Positions 47,490-57,209 of a stretch of 64,000 nt of DNA are shown here, one piece after another (position 1 is the stretch's first letter; each line of letters starts with the position of its first letter). The stretch is taken from the NCBI GenBank assembly GCA_963828465.1, contig CAWHEU010000020.1, positions 66,620-130,619 on the forward strand. Direction: 5' to 3'. The position numbers and the translations under genes were made by a program. The notes beneath the pieces are model-generated. The model did not search any database. It was not told the origin of the DNA and saw only the letters and a program-made list of their open reading frames with translations. The stretch comes from an uncultured Acidobacteriota bacterium (GTDB lineage Bacteria > Actinomycetota > Acidimicrobiia > Spongiisociales > ZC4RG35).

Positions 47490-48119
47490 TCAGACTTTGG
47501 CCCAGTAGCCCTCCGCCGACTTGCTCCTGGCCAGGGAGTCGGCGTCCTCGAAGCCTGGCGCCATGGCAGCTTCGGTGCCCGGCATCACCTCGTGATGATC
47601 GATGTCGAGGAGTCGGAGCCAGCTCTGCTGTCCCATGGTGAGACCAACAAAGCACCCCAACTCGACCAGTTCGGGCTCGCTGAAATGCTGGTACATCCGC
47701 TCCCAGAACTCGTCGTTGGTGTCGAGATGCCAGGTGATCGCCTCGGCATAGGCCAACGCTGCCTTCTGCCTGTCGTCATAGATCTCGGAGCGCTCGAAGT
47801 TCATCAGATCGTCGTACTGGCCTTCGACCAGACCGAGGGCCTTCCCTTTCTCCGATCGCTGGTTCCCGCAGTACTCGCACTTGACCGAGCGAGAGACATA
47901 GACCCGGCACAACTCCTTGATGTCGTGATCGAGGACCCCGTCGCGGAACAAGTTTTGCCAGCTCTCGGCGAAGAACCAGAACGCCGCCGGAACATGGGCC
48001 CGAATCGCCGAGCTCTCCGGTCTCGGTGTCCCCTCCCGCGCACATCGTTCCATCTCTTCTCGCATCTCCGGGGTCATGTCCTCGATCGATACGTAGCTGA
48101 TGCGTGGCTTCTCACCCAT
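47490..48119 (-). CDS. Carboxymuconolactone decarboxylase/AhpD-family protein
   Basis: KELCRVYVS...CEYCG, HFSEPELVEL. Confidence 0.85.
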   Translation of the reverse strand: MGEKPRISYVSIEDMTPEMREEMERCAREGTPRPESSAIRAHVPAAFWFFAESWQNLFRDGVLDHDIKELCRVYVSRSVKCEYCGNQRSEKGKALGLVEGQYDDLMNFERSEIYDDRQKAALAYAEAITWHLDTNDEFWERMYQHFSEPELVELGCFVGLTMGQQSWLRLLDIDHHEVMPGTEAAMAPGFEDADSLARSKSAEGYWAKV

Positions 48120-48158
48120 CGCGATCGTCTCCAGTCGTGTGCGGCAAGTAACTCGAGA

Positions 48159-49256
48159 CTACTCGACCAGGGTCTCCGCGCTCCCGGCCTCGACCCCGAT
48201 CTCGGTGGCTTTGATGGCCAACCACACCGCATCTCCCACCCCCAGCTCCAGCGCGCTCATCGCGTCGGAAGTCACCTCGACGGTGAGCGGCAGCGGTGCC
48301 CCGGTCCGGATCCGGGTGCGCTCACCCAGCTCTTCCATCACTGCGATGCTGGTCTCCCAGGCATTGCGTGGGCTGCCTTCGGGCGGGATGCGGTGCAGGG
48401 ATATGGCCGAAGGCCGGATTGTGAGCAGGACCTCCCCTTCGATCTCGTGCTCGGCCAACTGAATGACTTGAGACCCGACGTCGACCTGACCGTGGGAGGC
48501 TCTGCCGAAGAGGAGATTCGACCCGGCTAAATCCGCCGCGTAGGGAGTTCGCGGGCGGAGCCGGATCTCGTCCGGGGATCCTGATTGGGTCACCGAACCG
48601 TTCTCGATGATGTGGACCTCGTCGGCGAGGAGGAACGCCTCGGTTGGGTCATGGGTGATGACGAGACGTGGACCCGGAAAGTCAGCAAGATGCCGGGCGA
48701 GCACCCTGCGGAGCTCCACCCGAGTGGTCACGTCGAGGGCGGAGAGAGGTTCGTCGAGAAGCAGCAAGTCCGGCTCGATGACCAGAGCGCGGGCGAGGGC
48801 CGTCCGCTGCGCCTCACCGCCGGAGAGCTGTGGCGGCTTTCTTCGCTCGAGGCCAGTGAGATTGAGACGTTCCAGCCAGCCTCCAGCTCGCTCCATCGCC
48901 TCGTGACGTTTCACACCGCGGCTCCGCAATCCGAAGGCGACGTTCTCGATGACCGTCATATGCGGGAACAACAGATAGTCCTGGAACACCACACCGATGC
49001 GGCGGGCCTCTGCGGGAATGAGGACGTCTGCCGCCGGCTCGTCCAGCGTGACGCCGGCAAGACCGATCCGCCCAGATTCGATCGGCAAAAGGCCGGCGAT
49101 CGCCCCGACTGCAGTCGACTTTCCTGCCCCGTTGGGTCCCAGCAGAGCAACCGTGGTCCCGGCCGCGATGGAAAGGCTCAAGTCGATCCGGAACGAATCT
49201 CCCCGGCGCAGACCGAAGTCGGCTTCCAGCCCTGGCCCTAGAGCGCCTTCCACCAA
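48159..49256 (-). CDS. modC: Molybdate ABC transporter ATPase with TOBE domain
   Basis: GPNGAGKS, LSGGE, LLLDEP, C-terminal TOBE. Confidence 0.9.
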   Translation of the reverse strand: MVEGALGPGLEADFGLRRGDSFRIDLSLSIAAGTTVALLGPNGAGKSTAVGAIAGLLPIESGRIGLAGVTLDEPAADVLIPAEARRIGVVFQDYLLFPHMTVIENVAFGLRSRGVKRHEAMERAGGWLERLNLTGLERRKPPQLSGGEAQRTALARALVIEPDLLLLDEPLSALDVTTRVELRRVLARHLADFPGPRLVITHDPTEAFLLADEVHIIENGSVTQSGSPDEIRLRPRTPYAADLAGSNLLFGRASHGQVDVGSQVIQLAEHEIEGEVLLTIRPSAISLHRIPPEGSPRNAWETSIAVMEELGERTRIRTGAPLPLTVEVTSDAMSALELGVGDAVWLAIKATEIGVEAGSAETLVE

Positions 49257-50047
49257 CGCTCCCGGAGGCCGACCAGAACGGCCAGTGAGACAATGACCAT
49301 CACCAGGCTCAGCGCCACCGCTGTGTCACGGTCGCTCTCCAGGGCCACGAACACGGCCAGGGGCATGGTCTGGGTCCGTCCCTGCAGGTTCCCGGCAAAG
49401 GTGATGGTCGCACCGAACTCACCGAACGCCCGGGCCCAGGTGAGGACTAGCCCCGCGACCAACGACGGGCCGATCATTGGCAGGGTGACCCGGCGCAGGA
49501 CCGTCCAACGCCCGGCCCCGAGACTCGCCGCCGCGCCCTCGTAGCGCTCGTCCAGATTCCGGAGCGCCCCTTCCACCGTGATCACGAGGAAAGGCATGGC
49601 GACGAAAGTGTTTGCGACTACTACGCCCCACGTCGAGAACGGGAGCAGCAGACCGGTGGCCAGATTGAATGGCTCTCCGACCAGACCACGTCGTCCGAGT
49701 GCGAAGAGCAGGGCGGCACCACCGACCACCGGAGGCAGCACCAGCGGGAGTGTCACCAACCCGCGCACCAGGGAACGTCCGGGGAAATCGAGGCGACCCA
49801 TGATCCAGGCCAGTGGGATACCCACCACCACCGCGATCAGGGTCGCCGCCAATGAGGTCACCACTGAGAGCCGCAAGGCATCGGTCACCACATCGTTGGC
49901 GAGCAGCGTGGGTAGATCCGACCACGGCACTCGTGCCAACAGTCCGGCGAAGGGGACGACGAACAGGGACAGGCCGATAGCTCCCAGGACGATCATCAGC
50001 GGCGGTGGGCGCCGGGTGCGCCGCCCTGCCTGCCGATCAGCGGTCAA
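49238..50047 (-). CDS. modB: Molybdate ABC transporter permease
   Basis: LPLVLPPVVGG, WARAFGEFGATITFAGN. Confidence 0.92.
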   Translation of the reverse strand: MTADRQAGRRTRRPPPLMIVLGAIGLSLFVVPFAGLLARVPWSDLPTLLANDVVTDALRLSVVTSLAATLIAVVVGIPLAWIMGRLDFPGRSLVRGLVTLPLVLPPVVGGAALLFALGRRGLVGEPFNLATGLLLPFSTWGVVVANTFVAMPFLVITVEGALRNLDERYEGAAASLGAGRWTVLRRVTLPMIGPSLVAGLVLTWARAFGEFGATITFAGNLQGRTQTMPLAVFVALESDRDTAVALSLVMVIVSLAVLVGLRERWWKAL

Positions 50048-50841
50048 GGCGATATGAATCCATGACTGGTAAGGATTGCCTGTCCTTCGTCGGAAAGCAC
50101 GAATTCGACCCAGGCCCCGGCCGCGTCTGGATTGGGGGCGCCTCCGAGCACGGCGATCGGGTACTCGGCAACGACATTCACATCCTCCGGGATGTCGATT
50201 CCCTCGACCTCTCCGTCGGCGCTGGAGAGGACATCGGTCACATAGACGATGCCGGCATCCAACTCGTCATTCTCGATCTTTGTCAGCAGTGCTCGGACGT
50301 CCGGCTCGTTGGTGTCGATCGATGGAGTCACAGCGGCGTTCTCCAGTGCCTGGCGTCCGAACTCGCCACACGGCACGTCCTCGGCACAGAGACCGATGAG
50401 CAACTCCTCTCTGGCGAAGTCATCGAGCCCGGAGACTTCGCCTGGATTGCCGGCCGGTACCGCGATCTGAAGGAGATTGGTGACGAAGATCTCCGGTTCT
50501 CCCGCCACCTCCCCGGCCTCCGCCACTTGATCCATGTTCGACGTGTTGGCTGAGGCGAACACGTCTGCGGGGGCGCCTTCCAGGATCGCCTCCCGAAGAC
50601 CCGAACTGGGCCCCAGATTCAACATGACGTCCACGCCGGGATTCGCCTCCTCGAAGGCGGCCTCGACTTCTGCGAATGCATCCGTCAACGAGGCTGCCGC
50701 AGAGATCAGCAGCTCTCCTTCCATGCCAGCCGCCACTGTCGTGGCCGCTTCAACCGTCGTCGTGGAATCGTCAGCGGACCGCCCGCAAGCGGCAAGCCCC
50801 ACAAGCATCGCAACCAACAGGATCAGGTGAGCTCTCCGCAT
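50044..50841 (-). CDS. modA: Molybdate ABC transporter substrate-binding lipoprotein
   Basis: LAAC lipobox, AAASLTDAF, GAPADVFASA, VPCG, DAGIVYVTD. Confidence 0.92.
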   Translation of the reverse strand: MRRAHLILLVAMLVGLAACGRSADDSTTTVEAATTVAAGMEGELLISAAASLTDAFAEVEAAFEEANPGVDVMLNLGPSSGLREAILEGAPADVFASANTSNMDQVAEAGEVAGEPEIFVTNLLQIAVPAGNPGEVSGLDDFAREELLIGLCAEDVPCGEFGRQALENAAVTPSIDTNEPDVRALLTKIENDELDAGIVYVTDVLSSADGEVEGIDIPEDVNVVAEYPIAVLGGAPNPDAAGAWVEFVLSDEGQAILTSHGFISP

Positions 50842-50851
50842 GGTGTCTCCT

Positions 50852-50890
50852 TATTCTCGGTGTGACTACCCAGTAGTCTCACGGAGAGTA
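50852..50890. promoter_or_regulatory. Two palindromic operators, TATTCTC-N3-GTGACTA and TAGTCTC-N3-GAGAGTA
   Basis: Between divergent modA and the PadR gene; same consensus as the mop site. Confidence 0.6.
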
Positions 50891-50939
50891 CCGGAGGGCT
50901 TCGGTGCATGCTGGACCTCCTACCTACCCTGAATTCGAG

Positions 50940-51461
50940 ATGACCGATTTTGAGCCGTCCCTCACCGAGTACGCCGTCCTCGGTCTGCTCGCCGAGCGAC
51001 CTACCCACGGCTTCGCCATCTCCAAGGCACTTCAACCCGATACCGAAATAGGGCGGGTCATCACGGTTAGGAGACCGTTGGTTTATCGAGCCCTCGATCG
51101 CCTGGTCGATGCCGGGTTGGCCGAGTCAGTCCACACCGAGCCAGGGGCCGCCGGTCCCAATCGGGTCATCCACCGAATCACCCGATCGGGGAGACGGCGA
51201 CTCGATTCGTGGCTCAGCAGCCCTGTCGGTCATATCAGGGACATGAGGATCGAGTTCCAGCTCAAGCTGGCCCTGTTTCAGCGACTGGGAAGATCTCCTT
51301 TGCAGCTCGTGGTCGCCCAGCGTGAGACTCTCGATCCCACACTTGCCGCTCTCGACGTTGCTTCCGTGGGCCCGGTCGACCATCTCGAACTGTGGCGCCG
51401 CCACAACGCGGCCGCCGCTGCCACATATCTGGAGAGTCTCGAAAGGCATTACTCCGGCTGA
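50940..51461 (+). CDS. PadR-family transcriptional regulator
   Basis: EYAVLGLL...HGFAI...VYRALDRL...ITRSGR..L..WL. Confidence 0.88.
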   Translation: MTDFEPSLTEYAVLGLLAERPTHGFAISKALQPDTEIGRVITVRRPLVYRALDRLVDAGLAESVHTEPGAAGPNRVIHRITRSGRRRLDSWLSSPVGHIRDMRIEFQLKLALFQRLGRSPLQLVVAQRETLDPTLAALDVASVGPVDHLELWRRHNAAAAATYLESLERHYSG

Positions 51462-51525
51462 TCCCGGTCGAAATGGGGTGTTCACCCGATGTCAACGGCC
51501 GATCCGTTGCGGCATTGTGAACGAC

Positions 51526-52455
51526 ATGGAGCCGACGACACGTTCTGGCGGGGGATACGCCCTGTTTGCCATAGCTGTGACCCTCGGGGGAAGCAACTTC
51601 TTGGCCGTTCGCCTCAGCAACCGTGAACTCGACCCCTTCTGGGGAGCCGGCCTCCGATTCACGCTTGCCTCAGTGATTTTCGTAGTCATCGTGGCGGCAT
51701 TGCGTTTGCCTTGGCCCCGGGGCAAGCAGCTCATCCTCACGATTGCCAATGGTCTGCTTGGCATCTCCATCTTCTACACGCTCATGTATTGGGCTCTCGT
51801 GCGTGTAACGGCGGGGACTGCCACGATCGTTCTGGCCCTGGTCCCACTGGTGACGTTGCTCCTTGCTTCGGCGCAACGACTCGAACGCCTCAGTGCAAGG
51901 GCGGTCGGAGGGTCGCTACTGGCCGTAGTCGGAATCACCTGGATGGCGATCGGACCGGGGCGGGTGACGCTCTCACTCGTTCCCTTGCTCGCCCTACTTG
52001 GAGCGACACTGTGCGCCGGGGAGAGCGTCATAATCGCCAAGGCCATCTCGGCGAATCACCCGGCAGTCACCAACGCCATATCACTGGCCACGGGCGCCGC
52101 CACCCTGCTTGCGTTCTCGGCTTTGAATGGAGAGCAGTGGGCGCTCCCCGCCCAGAGCGAAGTCGCTTGGGCGCTGCTGTATCTCGTGACTGCCGGCTCG
52201 GTCGGGTTGTTCGCATTGGTCCTCTTGGTGGCCCGGCGCTGGACCGCCTCTGCGACGTCCTACATGTTCGTCCTGTTCCCGGTGGTCACGATGGCGCTCG
52301 GCGCTCTCCTCATCGACGAGCCGATCACGGTGGCCAGCACGATCGGTGCTCTCGTGGTGATGGCCGGCGTGTGGTTCGGGATCTCCCCCGACTCCCGTCG
52401 ATCCACCGTGGCACGGCCGATCGACAACACGACCGCCGTCCTCGACCCTGGCTGA
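51526..52455 (+). CDS. EamA/DMT-family transporter
   Basis: About 10 TM; GSNFLAVR, GLRF, LERL, LIDEPI. Confidence 0.88.
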   Translation: MEPTTRSGGGYALFAIAVTLGGSNFLAVRLSNRELDPFWGAGLRFTLASVIFVVIVAALRLPWPRGKQLILTIANGLLGISIFYTLMYWALVRVTAGTATIVLALVPLVTLLLASAQRLERLSARAVGGSLLAVVGITWMAIGPGRVTLSLVPLLALLGATLCAGESVIIAKAISANHPAVTNAISLATGAATLLAFSALNGEQWALPAQSEVAWALLYLVTAGSVGLFALVLLVARRWTASATSYMFVLFPVVTMALGALLIDEPITVASTIGALVVMAGVWFGISPDSRRSTVARPIDNTTAVLDPG

Positions 52456-52486
52456 TCCGGAACATCCACCCGCGTAGGGTCGGCTC

Positions 52487-54013
52487 ATGGCCTTCGCCGA
52501 TGCGAAGCTGCCCCTGACGGAGTTGCTCGGGTCGCTTTCACTCGCCACGGATCTCGGCACGGGCCAGCCCCAAGGCCATGGTCTCAGTACCAGCCTCCTG
52601 GCGGTCGAAGTGTCGCGGGAGCTGGGGTGCGATGACGCTCAAATTCGCCATGTTCAGCAGGTCTCGCTGATCCGCTTTCTCGGCTGCACTTCAGACTCCG
52701 ACGACACCGCACGCATGTCCGGGGGAGACGATCTCTCCTTCATGAGGGGGTTCGCCCCCGCTCACATGGGTGGCAAAGGTGAAGCGACGCGGGCCATGAT
52801 CCGGGCGGTCGGCTCGGGCCAAAGAGCGCCGCGACGCGCTCTCCTGATCGGAGCCGCCCTGACCCATCCCGCGTCCGACGCCGGCGGTCTCGCCGCTCAT
52901 TGTGAGGTTGGCGCGATGCTGGCTCGGCGTCTCGGCCTCGACGCGGGGGTGATCGTCGCCCTCGAGCACGCATACGAACGATGGGACGGGACCGGTGACC
53001 CGGCCGGCCTGGAGGGTGAAGAGATCCCGCTCGAGACGCGGATCGCGGTTGTCGCCCACGATGCTGATCTGTTTGCCCGGCGCGGTGACAACGTTGTCGA
53101 GGTCCTGCGGGATCGTCGTGGAAAGGCCTATGACCCCCAGATCGTGGACATAGTGACGAAGCTGAACCTCTCCGGAGGGGAGGCCGACTGGGACCAGGTT
53201 CTGGCATCCGAGCCTGAGCCAAGGGCCATGGTGCAGGATCTCGATCACTCTCTCGCCGTGGTCGCCGACTACGTCGATCTCAAGTCGCCATGGACCAGGG
53301 GCCACTCCCGCACGGTCGCCGACCTGGCCCAAAAGGCTGGAGGGCTGCTCGGGCTGACGGATGATCAGGTGAGCGATTTGAGGCGGGCTGCCCTCGTCCA
53401 CGATCTCGGTCGGGTGGGTGTAGAGAACGGGATCTGGAACAAGCCAGGCCCGTTGGCCACCCCGGAGTGGGAAAAGGTCCGGCTCCACCCGTATCTGACC
53501 GAGCGGGTGCTGTCCCGTTGCACGACCCTGGCCGAGTTGGGTGAGATCGCGTCGAGTCACCACGAGCGCAGTGACGGCTCTGGATATCACCGGAGGATGA
53601 CCGCAGAGCAACTGTCGAAGGCGGGCCGTGTGCTGGCGGCAGCGGACGTCATGGCTGCGCTGACCGCCGACCGACCATACAGAGCTCGCTTCGATACCAG
53701 CGAGGCCGCCCGCACGCTCGAGGTGGAGGCTGGTTCGGGTCGGCTGGACCGCGAGGCCGTAGCCGCCGTGGTGTCCGCAGCAGAGGGCCGATCTCGAGTG
53801 GAAAAGGCCATCAACCCTGGTGGCCTGACCGACCGCGAGGTGGAGGTCCTGCGCCTCATCGCTCGGGGTCACACCAACCGCGTGATCGGCGAGGAGTTGT
53901 TCATCTCACCGAAGACAGTCGGGCGTCACGTCGAGAACATCTACGTCAAGATTGGGGTGTCGACTCGGGCTGGTGCCGCCCTCTTCGCGATGGAGCAGCG
54001 TCTCCTGGAATAG
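52487..54013 (+). CDS. HD-GYP domain protein with C-terminal LuxR HTH
   Basis: SLATDLGTG, ERWDGTG, VHDLG, HHERSDGSGY, LTDREVEVL. Confidence 0.9.
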   Translation: MAFADAKLPLTELLGSLSLATDLGTGQPQGHGLSTSLLAVEVSRELGCDDAQIRHVQQVSLIRFLGCTSDSDDTARMSGGDDLSFMRGFAPAHMGGKGEATRAMIRAVGSGQRAPRRALLIGAALTHPASDAGGLAAHCEVGAMLARRLGLDAGVIVALEHAYERWDGTGDPAGLEGEEIPLETRIAVVAHDADLFARRGDNVVEVLRDRRGKAYDPQIVDIVTKLNLSGGEADWDQVLASEPEPRAMVQDLDHSLAVVADYVDLKSPWTRGHSRTVADLAQKAGGLLGLTDDQVSDLRRAALVHDLGRVGVENGIWNKPGPLATPEWEKVRLHPYLTERVLSRCTTLAELGEIASSHHERSDGSGYHRRMTAEQLSKAGRVLAAADVMAALTADRPYRARFDTSEAARTLEVEAGSGRLDREAVAAVVSAAEGRSRVEKAINPGGLTDREVEVLRLIARGHTNRVIGEELFISPKTVGRHVENIYVKIGVSTRAGAALFAMEQRLLE

Positions 54014-54068
54014 GTGTCCGGGTGTAAGGTCGTCCGATGGGCGGCTTGTCCCGCCCGACCTTCGTCTC

Positions 54069-54174
54069 GGTGCCCGCGCCGGCGACCCGGAAGGCAAAGG
54101 GGACCCCGAGTGCTCGGCAAAGAGTCGGATCGAGCTGTGCGTGTCCACGCATACGTCGGTGAGCGCGGGTCACC
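54069..54174 (+). ncRNA. Candidate structured 5' leader RNA
   Basis: Nested stems GGTG-CCCGCGC/GCGCGGG-T-CACC and CCGGCG/CGTCGG enclosing small hairpins. Confidence 0.4.
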
Positions 54175-54210
54175 GGTCTTATGCGGCCGATACACGGGAA
54201 AGCAGTCGAA

Positions 54211-54867
54211 ATGACCCGACAAGAGACCTTCAAGCGCCGGATCCGGCAACGCATGGAGAAGACCGGTGAACGATACGGCGCGGCCCGCCGCGTCCTCATC
54301 GAGCAATCATCGACCGATGGGGCGAGGAAGTGGGCGTCCGAGCCCGAGATGGCCGACGACACGTTGCGAGAGGCCACCGGGCGGGGTTGGGACGAGTGGT
54401 GCGACATCATCGACGCCTGGCCCGGGCACTCCGACGGGCATACCGCCATCGCCACCTACCTCCATGACGAGCACGACGTCGCTGGATGGTGGGCCCAGAC
54501 CGTGACCGTGGGATATGAGCGGGTCACCGGTCTGAGACTCCCCCATCAGCAGCCGGATGGGACCTTCAGCGCAGGTAAGTCACGAACGGTGGCGGCCGAC
54601 GTCGGACTGCTCAGGGAGATGCTGCTCGACGACGACGACCGGGCCGATCTCTTCCCCGGTCTCGAGACCGAGCTCCGCTCGCGACCCACCTCCAAGGTCC
54701 TTCGCATCGGAATCGGTCCTGGAACGGCACAGATCGCACTCGACCACCAGGACGACGGCCGGGTCAAGATCACCGTCGCCCATGACAAGCTCCCCACGGC
54801 CGACGCCGTCGAGGAATGGAAGGGCTACTGGTCCGATTGGCTGGCGGCGGTCGACGAGGCGTGGTAG
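54211..54867 (+). CDS. Hypothetical protein (basic N-terminal helix, DUF4287-like middle, SRPBCC-like C-terminus)
   Basis: MTRQETFKRRIRQRMEKTGERY; ATGRGWDEW...WWAQTVTVGYE. Confidence 0.75.
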   Translation: MTRQETFKRRIRQRMEKTGERYGAARRVLIEQSSTDGARKWASEPEMADDTLREATGRGWDEWCDIIDAWPGHSDGHTAIATYLHDEHDVAGWWAQTVTVGYERVTGLRLPHQQPDGTFSAGKSRTVAADVGLLREMLLDDDDRADLFPGLETELRSRPTSKVLRIGIGPGTAQIALDHQDDGRVKITVAHDKLPTADAVEEWKGYWSDWLAAVDEAW

Positions 54868-54917
54868 ACGCCGATCTGGTGGTCCGCGATTCCACCGCAC
54901 CCCCGAGGTAGGGACCG

Positions 54918-56432
54918 ATGCTGACAGCCTCCATGACCATCGACCCGGACTTTCAGGTGTCCGAGGTTCGCCGGCGCACCTTCGGGTCCTTTGTCGAGCA
55001 CCTCGGGCGTTGTGTCTACACCGGCATCTTCGAGCCCGGCCACGACACCGCCGATGAAGACGGCTTGCGCAGGGACGTGCTCGACCTGGTTCGTGAGATG
55101 GGAGTCACCGTCGTTCGCTATCCCGGTGGCAATTTCGTTTCCGGGTACCAATGGGAGGATGGAATCGGGCCTGTCGATCAGCGACCCGACCGTCTGGATT
55201 CCGCCTGGCACTCCTTGGAAACCAACGCGTTCGGGATCGCCGAGTTCGTCAACTGGGCCCGCAAGGCCGATGTCGAAGTCATGCACGCGCTCAACCTGGG
55301 AACCAGAGGTGTGCAGGAAGCAGTGAACCTCCTCGAGTATTGCAATCACGAAGGTGGCTCCTACTGGTCAGACCTACGCATCGCCCACGGCTATCGAGAG
55401 CCGTTCGACATCAAGCTCTGGTGTCTCGGCAACGAACTGGATGGCCCCTGGCAGATGGGGCACAAGACGGCAGACGAGTACGGGCGGCTGGCAGCGGAGA
55501 CGGCGCGCGCAATGCGAATGTTCGATCCGGCCCTGGAATTGGTCGCTTGTGGTAGCTCGCATTCGAGCATGCCTACCTTCGGCAGCTGGGAGGCCACTGT
55601 CCTCGAGCACGCCTACGACCAGGTCGACTACGTCTCTCTGCACGCCTACTACCAGGAGCATGACGGGGACATGCGCAGCTTCCTCGCGTCTGCGCTGGAC
55701 ATGGAATCCTTCATAGATTCGGTGATCGCTACAGCTGACCATGTCCGAGCCAAGACCGGCGCCCGTAAGCGGATCAACCTCTCGTTCGACGAGTGGAATG
55801 TCTGGTATATCAGCCGGTTTCAGGACCTGGAGCCGATGACGGACTGGCCCATCGCACCGCGGCTGATCGAAGACGTCTACAACGTGGCCGACGCGGTGGT
55901 AGTTGGCACACTCCTGATCACACTCCTGCGGCATAGCGACAGGGTCACCGCAGCCTGTCAGGCACAGCTGGTCAATGCCATCGCTCCGATCCACGCCGAG
56001 CCCGGTGGCCCGGCTTGGAGGCATACCACCTTCTATCCCTTTGCCCACGCGGCTCGGTTGGCACGAGGCAATGTGCTGAGGGTCGAGCCCAAGTCGCCGA
56101 GCTACAACAGCGAGCGATATGGCGACACCCCCGTCATCGACTCGGTGGCGACTCACGACGACGACGCCGGCGAGCTCGTCGTGTTCGCAGTCAACCGGGA
56201 CCTGGAAAAGGAAGTTGCCTTTTCCGTTGGCCTGCGCGCCTTCCCCGGCTATCGGCTTGTCGAGCATCTGACGGTCAGCGATGACGACATACACGCCGTC
56301 AACACTCTGGAACAACCAGATCGGGTCACGCCGAGCTCACGCGTCGTTTCCGGTGAACCAGATGATTCGGTGGAGGTGGTTCTGCCTGCAGTGTCTTGGA
56401 ACGTGCTTCGCTTCGAGCGAGCGACGTCTTGA
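54918..56432 (+). CDS. abfA: Alpha-L-arabinofuranosidase (GH51)
   Basis: FGSFVEHLGRCVYTG, RYPGGNFVSGY, WCLGNE, SFDEWNVW, ACQAQLVN. Confidence 0.93.
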   Translation: MLTASMTIDPDFQVSEVRRRTFGSFVEHLGRCVYTGIFEPGHDTADEDGLRRDVLDLVREMGVTVVRYPGGNFVSGYQWEDGIGPVDQRPDRLDSAWHSLETNAFGIAEFVNWARKADVEVMHALNLGTRGVQEAVNLLEYCNHEGGSYWSDLRIAHGYREPFDIKLWCLGNELDGPWQMGHKTADEYGRLAAETARAMRMFDPALELVACGSSHSSMPTFGSWEATVLEHAYDQVDYVSLHAYYQEHDGDMRSFLASALDMESFIDSVIATADHVRAKTGARKRINLSFDEWNVWYISRFQDLEPMTDWPIAPRLIEDVYNVADAVVVGTLLITLLRHSDRVTAACQAQLVNAIAPIHAEPGGPAWRHTTFYPFAHAARLARGNVLRVEPKSPSYNSERYGDTPVIDSVATHDDDAGELVVFAVNRDLEKEVAFSVGLRAFPGYRLVEHLTVSDDDIHAVNTLEQPDRVTPSSRVVSGEPDDSVEVVLPAVSWNVLRFERATS

Positions 56433-56435
56433 CCG

Positions 56436-57209
56436 TCACCACGGCGACGATGACCAAGCGAACGCCGGAAGAGGTCTGGGATCAACGGGCACGTTCGACC
56501 CCGGGCTGAAAGGAATCGTGCCCAGATCGATGTCGATGATCGAAGCGGTCGGGTACACCTCGATCGACCCTTCGGTGGCGGTCGTCACCGATCCCGTCCC
56601 CAGCACATGCATGACTCCATCCCTCCCAATGAGACCGGTCGACTCGTCGATTCCGAGCACTGCAAGACCCTCCATCCGCTTCAAGAAGGGTGAGAACCAG
56701 CGCCGAACCCGAAGCCGGTCGAAATGAGGGGCGACCACGAATCCGTGCAGGAGCCCGAACCCTGGGATCAACCGGAACGGATCGGGGGGATAGAGATTCA
56801 AACGACGCTCAAAGAGGTCGATGGCGCCGGCCGAAGACCCGGTTACACCCGCACCCGCTTCCCACCGGCCGATGATCGCCTCGAGAATGGGCGTACCGGA
56901 CAGGGCGGATATCAGCCGGTTGGGCACACCGCCAGGGAGGACGATCACATCCGCACCGTGCACCATTTCCAGGGCGGTCTCATCGCTTCCCGAGGCGGGA
57001 ATCAACACGCGTGCCCTGGCTCCCAGGCTGGTCCAATGCGCCTGCGCCAGCGCTCCGGCTGCTGCTGCCTGACCCTTGAACGAGGCGAGAGGAAGGATCA
57101 CGACCTCGGGGGCGAAGACGCCGACTTCGTCGAGCATGCGGCGGTCGATGGGAAGAGTCGGCTCATAGTGCTCCAAACCGCCCAGCAGTCCGATTGGCCC
57201 CGGCATCAT
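56436..57209 (-). CDS. Peptidase S51/cyanophycinase-like (type 1 glutamine amidotransferase fold)
   Basis: LPGG, GSSAGA, PHFD, GIDESTG. Confidence 0.82.
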   Translation of the reverse strand: MMPGPIGLLGGLEHYEPTLPIDRRMLDEVGVFAPEVVILPLASFKGQAAAAGALAQAHWTSLGARARVLIPASGSDETALEMVHGADVIVLPGGVPNRLISALSGTPILEAIIGRWEAGAGVTGSSAGAIDLFERRLNLYPPDPFRLIPGFGLLHGFVVAPHFDRLRVRRWFSPFLKRMEGLAVLGIDESTGLIGRDGVMHVLGTGSVTTATEGSIEVYPTASIIDIDLGTIPFSPGSNVPVDPRPLPAFAWSSSPW

